DNA of 64,000 nucleotides from Eledone cirrhosa (lineage: Eukaryota). The translations under genes and the position numbers were made by a program. Below are positions 28,639-41,765 of the stretch, in pieces. Position 1 is the first letter of the stretch; every line of letters begins with the position of its first letter. Under the pieces are notes generated by a model. That model had not been told where the DNA came from and ran no database searches. It saw only the letters and a program-made list of their open reading frames with translations. The stretch covers positions 39,680,001 to 39,744,000 of the forward strand of contig OZ024751.1 of assembly GCA_964016885.1 (NCBI GenBank), written 5' to 3'.

Positions 28639-30473
28639 ATGGCGGAAAAGATGGCAGACATGTCTGCCATTAGCTCTGCCACGCCCCCCAAGTCTGAAGA
28701 ACAAAAAATAATTACAACAAAATTAGACATTGAAACAAACAAACAAAATGAAAAAACAAATGTTAAGGAAAATGAGCAAACAGAAAACAAACAAACAGAA
28801 AATAATACAAATAACGACAGGGCAACTTTCGCCCAGAAAACAAAGCAATCCATTACATACACACCAATTGACCTAACTGCCGCCAGAGAAAAACTGGCCG
28901 AAGCAAAGAAACATATTGTTTTGGGGGAGAACGGAATGTTTTCCATTAACTCCCCCCCAGAATTCAAGAAAGCCAGAGCAGAAAACACAGTTATATACAG
29001 AACTATACTGAACCAGACAAGAAAGCCAGCACAGCCCAGCCAAATGGAAATAGAGTTAGTCCTAAAAGACTATATGAAGAATATTCTCTTCATACGAAAG
29101 GACCGACTCTATGGCAGCATTTCGGTCCTAACAAGAGACAAAGAAACGGCGGAGAAGCTTTCCCTAAGCCCACTCTCGTCGACAACATATAGCTTCTATC
29201 CCTCCTACATGGGTAGAAGAACACAGAGAGTAAAAGTAAAAACAATGCTGCCCACAATGGACTGCTGGTGGGCTATTGCTGGCTTCATTGATATGGGCGA
29301 AGACACTATGCTGTCAATGGGGAAGGCAACTGGAGATGCGTTCCTGGGAATGGGCCTCGACATACTAGTCCAAATGAGGCCCGAAAGAATAGCACAAATC
29401 CCGGATCGCATCTGGCTGGATGACCTTACCCCAATAGACATAATTGTAGAGGGGAGAAGACCAGCATGCTATTTATGCATGGAAAGGGGACACGTTAAGG
29501 CTAACTGCCCGAAACGTATCCCCCAAAAAGGACTATTGCCCACACCCACCACAAACAGTACACCAGCACCACCCACCTCCAAAAATACACTAATACCACA
29601 CACAGCAAACAAAATACAGACACCACCAACCACAAACACAACACAAACATCACCACCACCAGCACCAAACACAAGCACGACACAAAAATCACCACCACCA
29701 ACCACAACACAAACATCACCACCACCATCACCAACCACAAGCACGACACAAACATTACCACCACCACCACCACAAAACCCATTCCAAACAAATAATAAAA
29801 AAAACAGTAACAAATCTACCCCTCCCGCAAAAAAAAACAACCACACAACACGTCCCTCCCACCTAGCGCTGAAGAGTTTCCCCCAACTTCTGAAGAAGAA
29901 GGAGGAGAAGCCTTCAGACAAGTTAAAAGAAAAAAAAGAAAACACACACCCAGCACACCACAAATAACCCACACACAAACACCAACTCCAATCAAAAACA
30001 CCCCACCCTCAACAAACAAAAATAAATCTGCGCCTCCCCTCTCCGAAACATTGACAGCATCACAAAAAAAGACGTTGCAATACACATATATAAATAAAGA
30101 AAACAAAAAACTGGTTAAATTAATAAACAATAACCCTATGGTGCAGACCGAAGGGCCAAACTTTATCTCAACAGAGAACTTCACCCATTTAAAAATGATA
30201 AAGGTCCCTCTGGACCTTTATCGTTCCTTAAAAGAACAATTTAGACGGGACGTGAGCCCCCCCTGTTTAAAACCGTTGAATCGCGTCCTCTTGAAAGATT
30301 TCCCCATAACCGCCCCTCTCCCTGACACAACTCCAAATACCCCAACCCCACCACACACGTGTACCCCCACACCACCACAAAACATCCCTCCACCCAACAC
30401 ACCTGATGCCATGGAAATTACGCAACCCGGAGAGGTAAGTGCTTTTCTTTCTTCACTTTCAACACCAAAATAG
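28639..30473 (+). CDS. Tx1-like ORF1 (gag-like, CCHC knuckle, Pro/Thr-rich linker) with one frameshift near the A9 run at 29829-29837
   Basis: ATG at 28639; CYLCMERGHVKANC. The -1 frame is open from 29811 (SAEEFPPTSEEEGGEAFRQVKRKKRK...) to TAG at 30473. Confidence 0.8.
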
Positions 30474-30478
30474 ATCAA

Positions 30479-33400
30479 TTGAGAGTTGGCTGTTTGAACG
30501 CGCGTGGCCTGAGCTCAGCTTGGAAGCAAGCAAAGCTTCTAAGTGACCTCAGGTCACAAAGTATAGATGTGATGGTTGTTTGCGAGAGTCGGATCAGCAG
30601 CGTGAGACAGCTGGCGCCCGCCTTCGATGACTTTGAGATGCACGCATCTCTCTGTCAACCCGGAGGCGGGGGGCGGAGTTGCCGTACTGCTGGATAAACG
30701 TCTGACTCTCGACGTACAGATTGTTCACTCGGACCCGGGGGGTCGATTACTGGTGCTGGACGTCGGAGGTGGTGAAGGCGGGGCTTTCAGACTGGTCGGT
30801 CTTTATGCTCCCTTCGGGGCGGAAAGAGCCGACTTCTTCCAACGTCTGGAGACTTTTCTAGGAACGTCGCGTTCCCTGCTTTTAGTGGGGGACTGGAATG
30901 GAATCCTAGATGCGCGTTGGGACTATGCAGGGGCATGTCCCGATAGAGGGGGGTGTAGCAGCCTCAAGGGGTTACTCGATCGATTCGACCTGGTCGATAG
31001 ATTTCGACTAGATTGTCCAACTGCGCCAACCTGGACCTGGGCAAACCGCAGTGGACAATCTAGATCGTACCTAGATAGGTTTTTGGTTAGGAGTAAGGAT
31101 AGCGACGTATTTAGTTGTCCAGAACTGATCATGGTTGGCTATTCAGATCACAAATTAGTGACCTGCGTGGTCAACCTTGATAGAACGCATAGACAGGGTC
31201 CCGGTTACTGGAAGATGAACTTGTCCTTACCGACAAAGAAAGATTACAGAAACCGGATTAGTAGCTTAGTTAAGATGCGGTTGACGGGAGCGATCGTCAA
31301 CAGTAGGTGGTGGATATCTCTAAAGAGAGAGATTAGAGTAAGTTCGATAGGTTACAGTAAGGAACTAGCGGCGAATAGAAATAGGAGGGAAAGGGAGTTA
31401 ACAGATAAACTAGAAGAGGCGATTAGGAGCGGAGACGTAGCCAGAGTGTTAGCGACGAGAACGGCATTGAGCCAGTTCTTTGACGCGAAGCACGAAGGCT
31501 GCGTTGTCCGAAGTAAAATACGTGCTTTAGGAAACGAGGGGACCAAAGCTGTTAGCTGGGCCCGCGTGACAGAAGCCAAGAGTGGGATTAAATCCACCAT
31601 TCGGTCTTTGCGAGACCAGGATGGACGGGTGATCCTTGAACCTGAGCGAATGTGCGAGACCTTTCAAAGGCACTTTGCTCGACTGTTCGGAGGTGGCGGG
31701 GGGCCGGATGGGGATGTGGACTTCGGTCCATACCTCGACGGTCTACCGCGTCTTTCGAGCGGCGAAGCGGAGTGCTGCGAAGGGCCAATCACAGCCACTG
31801 AAATCGGGGAAGCGCTCAGCCAATGCAGCAGACGCAAATCCCCGGGTCTCGATGGTCTACCATACGAACTTTATTTAGCTATGCCGGTCTTGTTCTCCGA
31901 ACTCCTCGAGGCTGTCTATTGCAACTGGCAACAGAACGGGAGAATTCCCTGTTCTGTGACCAAGGGCGTGGTCACGCTAGTGAGGAAGGACGAGAGCAAG
32001 GGGGACGACTTAAGTAACTTTAGGCCCATAACTCTGCTGAATGCAGAGTTACAGATTTTGGCCAAGGTGTTGGCGAAGAGGTTGGCGCTTGTGGTGGGTG
32101 GTTTGGTGGGAGACGCGCAGACATGCGCTATCCCGTCCAGGTCCATTCACGACAACCTCCACCTCATGCGATACATCATAGAGAGGGTTGGCTACGAACC
32201 CGGCTTTGGTGGGGCCCTGATCAACTTGGATCAATCTAAGGCGTTCGATAGGGTCGACCATGGTTACCTGGATGCGGTGCTAGCGGCGGCGGGCTTCGGA
32301 CCCGTTTTCAGGGGCTGGATTTCTGCCATGCACAGTGGCAACATCTACTCTAGGATTAAAGTAAACGGCTACCTCTCGGAGCCGTTTCAAATCACCCGAT
32401 CCATCAGACAGGGGTGCCCCCTCTCCTCCCTTCTGTACGTATTGACTCTCGAGCCACTGCTGCGGAAGTTGGAGTTGCTGCGGGGCATACCCCTGGAACC
32501 GGGATTGCACAAAGCGGTCTCGGCCTATGCCGACGACGTAACAGTAATGGTGGCGGACGCCTCGGAAATCGGGGCGATCGCCACCCTACTGGAGGAATAC
32601 GAAAGGCTGACGGGGGCTAAGCTGAACCAGGACAAGTCAGTCGGTTTGCAACTCGGAACGTGGAGGGGCAAACCGATGCCGTTAGACGGTGTCGTCGGGC
32701 GGTGGACGGAGGGCCCGGTGAAGCTGCTCGGGGTCTGGTTCGGACCGGACCTCCAGGTGGAGAAGAATTGGGGCGAGGTGACGAGCAGGGTGTTTGCGCT
32801 GACCCAGAAGTGGGCCAAGTGCAAACTATCACTGAAAGGTCGGGCGGAGGTGACGAACGCTTACATAGCGTCCGTCATCTACTACCGCCTGACCGTCGTG
32901 CCTTGCCCCAAGGAAAAGCTCACCATCATGGAACGCATGCTCTTCCAGTTCCTCTGGAAGAAGCGGCCTCCTATGGTGAGGAGATCCATCTGCTGCCAGC
33001 ACCCTTCGAAAGGAGGGCTGGGTATGCCGTGGCTGTTGATGCGTAGGCACGCATTGAGGCTACGGCATCTACAGGTATTCCTCAACGGTCAGCCGGTGTG
33101 GGCCCCGTTTGTGAGGCGAGCCTTCCCACAGCTCGTCTCGCTCACCGAACTGCAATCCTGGGTGAAGCAAAGACCGAGAAAACTGGGCAACTGGCACACT
33201 GAGTGTGCCCAGGCGCTCACGGCTATCTGGCAAGCGGACCCGACTGTCAGTGGAGAATCCACCTCGACATTCTATAGAGGGTTGGTGGCTAGCAGGGGCG
33301 ACGACACCCTTGGAGAGTCGCTAGGCATGGAGGAGGACGAACTGGCCAGCCTGTTCGGTAGAACTTTCGGCCCGGGACCCATGGACAACTTCCAGAGGTC

Positions 33401-33908
33401 CCTAGCCTGGCAGTGTTACCGGGGGGCTCTGCCCGTTCGGGAAAAGCTCTACAGACACGGGCGCCCGGGAAGGGATCCCGCGAAAAAGATCTGTCCCAGA
33501 TGCGTGCGCGACGAGGAAACCGTTGCGCATGCACTGGTACACTGCCCGGGCGTTGCCGATCTGTGGGGCTACGTCGAACGACTGCTGTCGCGTGTGGCGC
33601 CGATTCGATTAACCGCCGAGTCTGTGGTGAACATCAAGCCACCTCCTCCCTTCAGAAATGAAGCAGAGGCGGTCTTTCTGTGCGTAATAGCCATGATGAA
33701 AGAGGTTGTGTGGTGGACGCGCCTGAAAGGTCTGAGGTCGGGTGACTTTCTCTCCGGCCATCACCTGGTTTACTTCTTCCGATACCACTTCGGAAGAAGA
33801 ATCAGGATGGAGAGAGAAGTGCTTGGTCCCAGACAGTTTTATGAAAGGTGGGTGAAAGAAGCGAGAATGGCCCGTGTAAATGGGCCTTCTCTCTACATTG
33901 TTCTGTAG
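30479..33908 (+). CDS. Tx1/L1 ORF2: AP endonuclease, reverse transcriptase and C-terminal zinc finger, with one frameshift at G6 30668-30673
   Basis: LRVGCLNARGL, VGDWN, SYLDRF, SDHK (APE). KSPGLDG, FRPITLLN, DQSKAFDRV, QGCPLS, YADD (RT). CPRC-x8-H-x4-C. Confidence 0.93.
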
Positions 33909-34138
33909 GTGAAGAAGTGAAGAGGAAAGGGGGAGCGCCTCCTCTCTGGGCTTCCCCCGCGAAAAGAGTTGCACACTTTTCGGGGGTATGTGCAATCCCC
34001 AACACGCCCCCTCCCTTTTGAGGACTTTTTATTGTTATATTATTATTGTTATTCCTTTTTCTTTACTCGATTTATGTAAACTCCCCCACTGTGTAAATGT
34101 CCCCTTCTTTTGTGCCCTCGTGGCAAATAAATAGAAAT

Positions 34139-34199
<61 letters not shown>

Positions 34200-34371
34200 A
34201 ACAGCGCTGTGATATATTCGTGGAGGAAAATAGTAAAAACAATATTTCTTTTTAAAGTGAGGTTACTCATATATTTATCGTATAAAAACGTATGATGTAT
34301 CTTTATATATGTTTTTATATATACCTCTATTATGCTTAAACGCTGCCTTAGTGATATATATATACATACAT

Positions 34372-35130
<759 letters not shown>

Positions 35131-35199
35131 AATATGTATTTATTTATTTATTTATTAAGATAACAGATTAAAGTTTAAGCAAAGAATCGCTGCTTTCAC

Positions 35200-35297
<98 letters not shown>

Positions 35298-35817
35298 GAA
35301 TATGTATATATATATATACACGAAGAAAGGCGAAAGGGAGGTAATGAGGGCGCTACAATCAACAACTAAAATATAAGAAAATAATAATATATGAAACAAG
35401 GGGACATCACTATTGAGAAAATATATATATATATAAGTGCAACTTACTCTTTAAAAAATCGAAGGAACAGATAAGGAATTAAAGTTTTTAAAATATGTAA
35501 GGGTTGATAAACGATTAGGAAACATTGCTATTAAAAGAAAAGTATTGAGGAACGGGTTATCAGAGAGATTGAAAATATGAGATAAAATAAATAAATTAAT
35601 AAGCATTGAAAGATAACTACTGCATAATTTTAAGGTAGTTAGAAGCTTATGAAGTTATATAAAAAAGGATATTAGCTATAAATATGGGTCAGTGATGCAG
35701 AAAACTATAGCTAGAATAATAATAATAATCATTGTTTCTACTTTTGGCACAAGGCCAGCAATTAACCAGTACATTACTGGTACTTTATTTTATCGACCCA
35801 TATATATATGTATTGTG

Positions 35818-35852
<35 letters not shown>

Positions 35853-35854
<2 letters not shown>

Positions 35855-36222
35855 TAAAAGAACAGGAGGCTGGACTGGTGTAATTCCTTAAAGGTTTATT
35901 ATACTATGAACATTTCAATGACCAGGTTCAGTATGAATCCGGTGACATCATCAGGTATTCAAAATTTAACAAAGGAATATAATTCATAGGGCTGAAAAGG
36001 CAGTGACAAGAAGGCGACCACACATTTAGCAGTTTCTAGTCAGGTCGGCCTATAAAGTTAGTAATATGTTTTCAAAGATAAATGCGAAGCAGGAAGCAAC
36101 AAACAGCAAGGAATTGGGAGTTCAGAATGCAATATTCGCAAGATAAAAATATATACTATAATTATATAATTATATAATAAAAAACGAACAGAATGAGAAC
36201 GACGTGAAAGAGAATCATAGTG
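35853..36222 (-). mobile_element. TA-flanked PLE pLTR-like fragment with hammerhead motif at 35901-35958
   Basis: The minus strand reads atac-CTGATGA-tgtcaccggattca-tac-tgaacctggtcatt-GAAA-t-gttc-a-TA-gtat. Confidence 0.65.
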
Positions 36223-36239
36223 TATATATGTATATATAT

Positions 36240-36271
<32 letters not shown>

Positions 36272-36272
<1 letters not shown>

Positions 36273-36406
36273 GGAAAAAGTATGACCCCGACGGCAGAGC
36301 TCAAGCCGTTTCGACGGCTATTTCTGGACTAAATTAGAATTTTTAACCTGGTATTGAGTATTCTGGTGCGTTATGGTCCATCTGGTCCCTTACCACATCT
36401 CCTTCG

Positions 36407-36408
<2 letters not shown>
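36272..36408 (+). mobile_element. Family A element with the second arm deleted
   Basis: Left arm plus the distal tail. Confidence 0.75.
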
Positions 36409-36493
<85 letters not shown>

Positions 36494-36498
<5 letters not shown>

Positions 36499-36947
36499 GT
36501 TATATTTAATTTGTTGGGATAAAACAAGCAAAATATTTTTATAACTGATATAAAGCACTCAACAAATTATTGGAGTAAATATACAATATATTAACAAATG
36601 GAAACTATATTTATAAAACCATATTTATTTCATTATACATATTTCAAGGGCCACTAGAGCAAACTATGGTGCGCTTTCATCAGATAAAATATAATATGCG
36701 TTAGATTTATAAATAAATATTGACATACACTTAAAAAATGCAACCATTCTGGATGGAATCTCCAGAAGATTCCATCCAGAATGGTTGCATTTTTTAAGTG
36801 TATGTCAATATCTATTTATAAAACTAACCTATAATATATTTTATCTGATGAAAGCGCACCATAGTTTACTCTGGTGGCCCTTGAAATATGTATAATGAAA
36901 TAAATATGGTTTTATAAATATAGTTTCCATTTGTTAATATATTGTAC
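36494..36947 (-). mobile_element. Fold-back element (arms about 190 bp) with a hammerhead motif in both arms
   Basis: Centre at about 36763. The plus-strand core at 36845-36894 is CTGATGA...GAAA-t-atgt-a-TA. The tail is on the left at 36494-36580. Confidence 0.85.
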
Positions 36948-36969
36948 ATATATATATATATATATATAT

Positions 36970-37067
36970 AGGAACCAGTACTGGTTCCTATTATCCACTC
37001 TACTACCTCAAGTATTGAGTACTTTGGTGCGTTATGGTCCACCTGGTTCCTTACCACATTTCCTTCG

Positions 37068-37069
<2 letters not shown>
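36970..37069 (+). mobile_element. Minimal family A element (20-bp palindrome plus tail)
   Basis: aggaaccagtactggttcct followed by the intact family A tail. Confidence 0.8.
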
Positions 37070-37134
<65 letters not shown>

Positions 37135-38094
37135 CAAACCTGTTTGTTTATGTATATGTGAGTGCATGAGTGTGTATATGCACGCCTGTGTGTGTATGTT
37201 TGCTTGTGTAAATATAGGAGTGTGTCTCTGTGTGTGTGTCTGTATATGGATGTCTGTATGTATTTGTATGTGTATATATGTGTGTGTATCTGTGTGTATA
37301 TGTATGTGTATATATGAGTATATCTGTGTAAATCCATGGTTGTGTGTGTATATATGTGAATTGAGTTTGTCTTTGTATGTAGGTGTGTGTATATGTGTGT
37401 GTGTCTGTGTCTGTGCGTTTGTGAATCTGAATATTTATATATGAATGTGTCTGTATGTATATCCATGTTTGAATATGTGCTTGTGGATGTGTGTGCGTGT
37501 GTGTGTATATATACATGTTTGTATGTGTGCAGGTGGATGTGTGCGCGTTTGTTTATGCAAGTGTGTGTATATATATGCGTGTTTGTATGTGTGCATGTGG
37601 ATGTGTGAAAGTGTGTGTATGCAAGTGTGTGTATATGTTTATGTATATATGTGTATATATATGTGTATTTATCTGGCTTATTGTGATATGTGTCATGTTA
37701 AAAAGAGCGCTCTGCAATTCCTATATAATCTTCGTATTTCTAAGGAATGTAATAATATTTGTTACGTGTCAAGGAATTGTTGCAGTTTTCCATATAAGGT
37801 TTAATAGTTTAATAGGTTTTCAAGTCACTATGTTATTATATCCTCTCGTTTTCAGCAATGTGAAATAACGAGAATAAAAGACATTCTCATACAATTCCTT
37901 ATTTTATGGACAAAATACGAAAATATACGTTTATTGCCATTTTTGCTTTACCCTCTCAAAAGATTTTCAAACTGAACACCGACTGTAACAATAGCTTTCT
38001 GATCTAGGGACTTATAAAAGGGTCGATAGGGACTACCTTCGATCGATGGTCAAACTAGGAAATTGATTGAAATTTTGAAATTTCCAGCATAGTG

Positions 38095-38228
38095 TTACGC
38101 TCCTTTATAGTCTGAGTTCAAATCCCGCCGAGGTTAACTTTGCCTTTCATCCTTACGGGGTCGATAAAATAAAGTACCAGTAATGCACTTGGATAATTGC
38201 TGGCTTTGTGCCCAATAGTAGAAACAAA
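38095..38228 (+). mobile_element. tRNA-derived SINE (main family), partial
   Basis: B box, core and tail present. Confidence 0.85.
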
Positions 38229-38320
38229 TGATTGAAATTTTGGGAGAAAACTTGATGTATTATGATAGAATCTTGGTCAGCCTATGAACTTTTCATTGGA
38301 CCCTCATGTATATATATAAT

Positions 38321-38906
38321 CTAGGCGGGAACCTGCTAGAATTGGTTGAGGACTTCCTGTATTTGGGATCAAATATTGGGAATACGGAAGAAGATGTGGT
38401 CGAGAGGAAGAGCAAAGCCTGGGCGGCGTGCCACAGCTTGAGATCAGTGTGGAGGTTGGACGTTCGTGAACACCTGAAGATCCGCCTCTTCATAGCTGTA
38501 GTGCACTCTGTGCTGTTGTACGGGTCTGAGACTTGGACACTGACCAAGAAACTCACGTAGATGGTGGATGGGTGCTACACGAGAATGCTGAGGATGGCTC
38601 TGAACATTAATCAGTATACACTGAGGATGAAAAACTCAGAGCTGTACGGGAGCCTCCCAAAAGTGAGCTTAAAAGTGACATAGAGAATACTGAGGTTAGT
38701 TGGATATGCTCACCAACATCCAGAGTTGACACTGCACTCAGTGCTCCTGTGGGATCCCCTACATGGACACACTGGAAGAGGAAGACCAAGGTTAGCATAT
38801 GTTGATGCCCTAAGGACAGACACTGGTACCTTGGAGTCGCAGGACATGGCGCCGATGATGAGGGACAGAGAACTCGTCCATGGATCTCGGGAATTTTACC
38901 CGCCCT

Positions 38907-38909
<3 letters not shown>
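38321..38909 (+). pseudogene. RTE-clade LINE 3' fragment (RT C-terminus), with stops
   Basis: LELVEDFLYLGS, KIRLFIAVVHSVLLYGSETWTLT, VLLWDPLHGHTGRGRPRLAYVD. Flanked by TA. Confidence 0.88.
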
Positions 38910-38953
<44 letters not shown>

Positions 38954-38954
38954 A

Positions 38955-39154
38955 AATGTGAAGACTAAAATCCAAAGAGGGCTCGATAAGGATAAGTATA
39001 TATCAAATATATAAGAACCGTAGAGCAAAAATTTATTAAAATAACAGATTAAAGTTTAAGCAAAGAATCGCTGCTTTCACCCTTAACGGGATCTTTTGAT
39101 ACTCGATTCTTTGCGGCGATTCTTTGCTTAAACTATAATCTGTTATTTTAATAA

Positions 39155-39158
<4 letters not shown>
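38955..39158 (-). mobile_element. Fold-back element with short arms; related fragments at 5650-5713 and 35153-35202
   Basis: aataacagattaaagtttaagcaaagaatcgc is inverted. The 5659 copy reads cagaaga-tccc-gttaa-gggt-GAAA, a degenerate hammerhead core. Confidence 0.65.
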
Positions 39159-39229
<71 letters not shown>

Positions 39230-39287
39230 ATATATGAGTATATATGTGTGTATATATATATATGTATATATGTATTTATATATATAA

Positions 39288-39380
<93 letters not shown>

Positions 39381-39383
<3 letters not shown>

Positions 39384-39581
39384 TTAATATAGATGAGATT
39401 CTACAGGACTAGAACTTTTTCATTCTTTAGAAATCATCAGGAATCTCTGAGATTCCTGATGATTTCTAAAAATGAAACAGTACTAGTCCTGTAGAATCTC
39501 ATCTATATTAAAACCTTTATACTCTGCAATGTATTGAGCACCTTACTTACTGTGGTTACCTCCGATTCAACCGTGAATAAC

Positions 39582-39582
<1 letters not shown>
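39381..39582 (+). mobile_element. Fold-back element (arms about 65 bp plus tail) with a CTGATGA...GAAA core
   Basis: 39381-39446 vs 39450-39514. Core at 39456-39477. Related pieces at 44459-44500 and 45209-45240. Confidence 0.8.
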
Positions 39583-39617
<35 letters not shown>

Positions 39618-39619
<2 letters not shown>

Positions 39620-40622
39620 TAGACATGAAAAATGCGCAAGCTCAAAAGTGCCACAGAATGTTATAATAAACCTTCAAAAGTGTGGGACTAGAGTTGTTGC
39701 TAAAAAATATTGTAATCATTATATATCGTACATTCTGTGGCATCCTTTATAAAAATAGCTTAAACCAACGAAGCCTTTATTTTTACGCTATTTCACTTAG
39801 TTAATTCTTAGAGTGTAACATATAAAAATATGATTTACAACTATAAAATAAATTAATTAATATAATAACAGAGCTGCGGAGCTGAAATTTAGGAAATAAG
39901 GGAATATCGGATCCTGAGTTGGAGCCAGTCAATTTTTGGCCCACTCCGCAGCCCTGTATAATACATTTCATATTAAAGTTATTAATAAACCTATTTTACA
40001 CTGCATGCAAATTACCATGAGATATTGATATTAGATATAAGATACAGCGCAATATCTACAGCTGTAAAAGTACGAAAGCGAAGTAATAATAAGTGGCTTA
40101 AGGTAATTCCAATATGAAAGTTTGTAGTGATAAAAATTTGATAATGCAATACGATTGTTAATATTATAGTTCTATGAAAATGTTACAATAGATAACTAAA
40201 TTATTTTACTATTAGTATATTTAAGAAATTATCATTATAGATTTGATCGTTCATATAAGCATCATATTAATTTTCAACACAATTATTTTGTTACTATGAG
40301 TATATGATAATAATATTACGTAATTATTTATAGCTGTTATTACATTAAACATAGATGTATTTATTTTTATATGTTACACTCTAAGAATTAACTAAGTGAA
40401 ATAGCGTAAAAATAAAGGCTTCGTTGGTTTAAGCTATTTTTATAAAGGATGCCACAGAATGTACGATATATAATGATTACAATATTTTTTAGCAACAACT
40501 CTAGTCCCACACTTTTGAAGGTTTATTATAACATTCTGTGGCACTTTTGAGCTTGCGCATTTTTCATGTCTAGTTTAATATTTTTTTAAGGCAACGCTTG
40601 TAATAACTCTAGTTAAACAGGA
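39618..40622. mobile_element. Element with 213-bp, apparently perfect inverted repeats and an AT-rich spacer of about 530 bp
   Basis: 39618-39830 is the reverse complement of 40362-40574. The left end abuts (TA)n; a right extension of about 48 bp ends in TA. Confidence 0.85.
39869..39956. mobile_element. hAT-like mini-MITE nested in the spacer
   Basis: TIRs CAG(A/G)GCTGCGGAG / CTCCGCAGCCCTG. The 8-bp flanks TATAATAA and TATAATAC match at 7 of 8 positions. Confidence 0.7.
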
Positions 40623-41129
40623 TATATATTAATAATAAATTATCGTTGTAATGTAATTAGATTATGTAATTGTTATTATAAATTATCTTATAAATATTAG
40701 TGTAAGATGTATAAAAATATTTTCAGACTTTTAATATAAACAACTACAAAAAACAATCAATATTAAATCAATATATTATACATAATAGAAAACATAAAAT
40801 AAACAATACAAAAACAAAATATTTACATACAATTGCAATTATCAGTGTATATACATTTTCTTTATATTCCCTGAGCAAATTAATAAGATTTGTTTTTATT
40901 GTACATAATATGATGACTTGTTGGAGTGTATTAAAAGATAGCAACAATTTGTGATTAAATTGTTATCTTAAGCAACTCACTTTTTAATAGTTGTTGGCTG
41001 AGCGAAATTGTAAAAGCCTATGAGCAAATATAAAAAAAAATACACAAACAACATTTCCTTGTGTTATTACAACATTAGATAAAATAATTGAGCAATGTCG
41101 TTATATTTTGCTCTTATTGCACATTAATA

Positions 41130-41298
41130 GTGTTTCTATTTTTCGGCACAAATCCATTACGGCAGTCCATTACTGGTACTTTATTTTATCGAATTAGTAA
41201 GTATGAAAGTCGAAGTTAACCTCGGCAGGATTTGAACTTAGAATGCAAAGGACCATAACAATACTGCAAAGCATGGTGTCTGACGCTCTACCAATACT
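41130..41298 (-). mobile_element. tRNA-derived SINE (main family)
   Basis: Diverged reverse-complement copy. Confidence 0.8.
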
Positions 41299-41765
41299 TG
41301 TGTTGAGCTGGTCATTAATTTATGGTGGTCGTGCGTGGAGTAGAGCAATCGCTAGTTGAAATATTATGAACAAAACATTTTTATTTGCCGAAGAACATAT
41401 TTTCAATACTGTTTGTGAATGTGACGAAGGAAATACATTCTGATATGGAACAGTGTACAAAGTGTGTCTGTGAATAACATAATGTTACCTCATGTTGTTG
41501 TCAAGACATAATGGATTTCGTATATCCAGTTAGAAGATGAAACCTAGCCATCTCGGATTAGTTATATTTCATGCCATGTGTAAACGTGTTTGAGGATAGC
41601 AAAATATGCGTGTTTCTTGTCTGGAAACTTTCTGCTAAACTGATTGGTTTCGTTTTTGGCACTATACAATACTCATCCAACAGATAGCTGTATTGGATCC
41701 TTGATTGGTTAATATTTAGGTGAGGGTGCTTGATGCAGAGTTAGTGCAAAATGGATCAATGAGTG

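Larger units (their letters stand above)
28437..34140 (+). mobile_element. Near full-length Tx1/L1-clade non-LTR retrotransposon inserted in (ATCT)n
   Basis: 5' UTR, ORF1, ORF2 (APE-RT-zinc finger) and a 3' UTR with AATAAA. (ATCT)n abuts both ends. GC/CpG-rich relative to the flanks. Confidence 0.93.

Noticed and set aside
30435-30473. Mini-intron fusing ORF1 to ORF2
   Set aside because: Removing the 39 nt keeps the ORF1 frame and hits TGA two codons later. Nearby AGs are also out of frame.
28575-34005. Antisense and alternate-frame ORFs within the Tx1 element
   Set aside because: Expected shadows of a GC-rich or compositionally biased coding strand.
39618-39630. Helitron 3' end (CTAG-T)
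   Set aside because: It is present on both arms as part of the inverted repeat, and there is no GC-rich subterminal hairpin.
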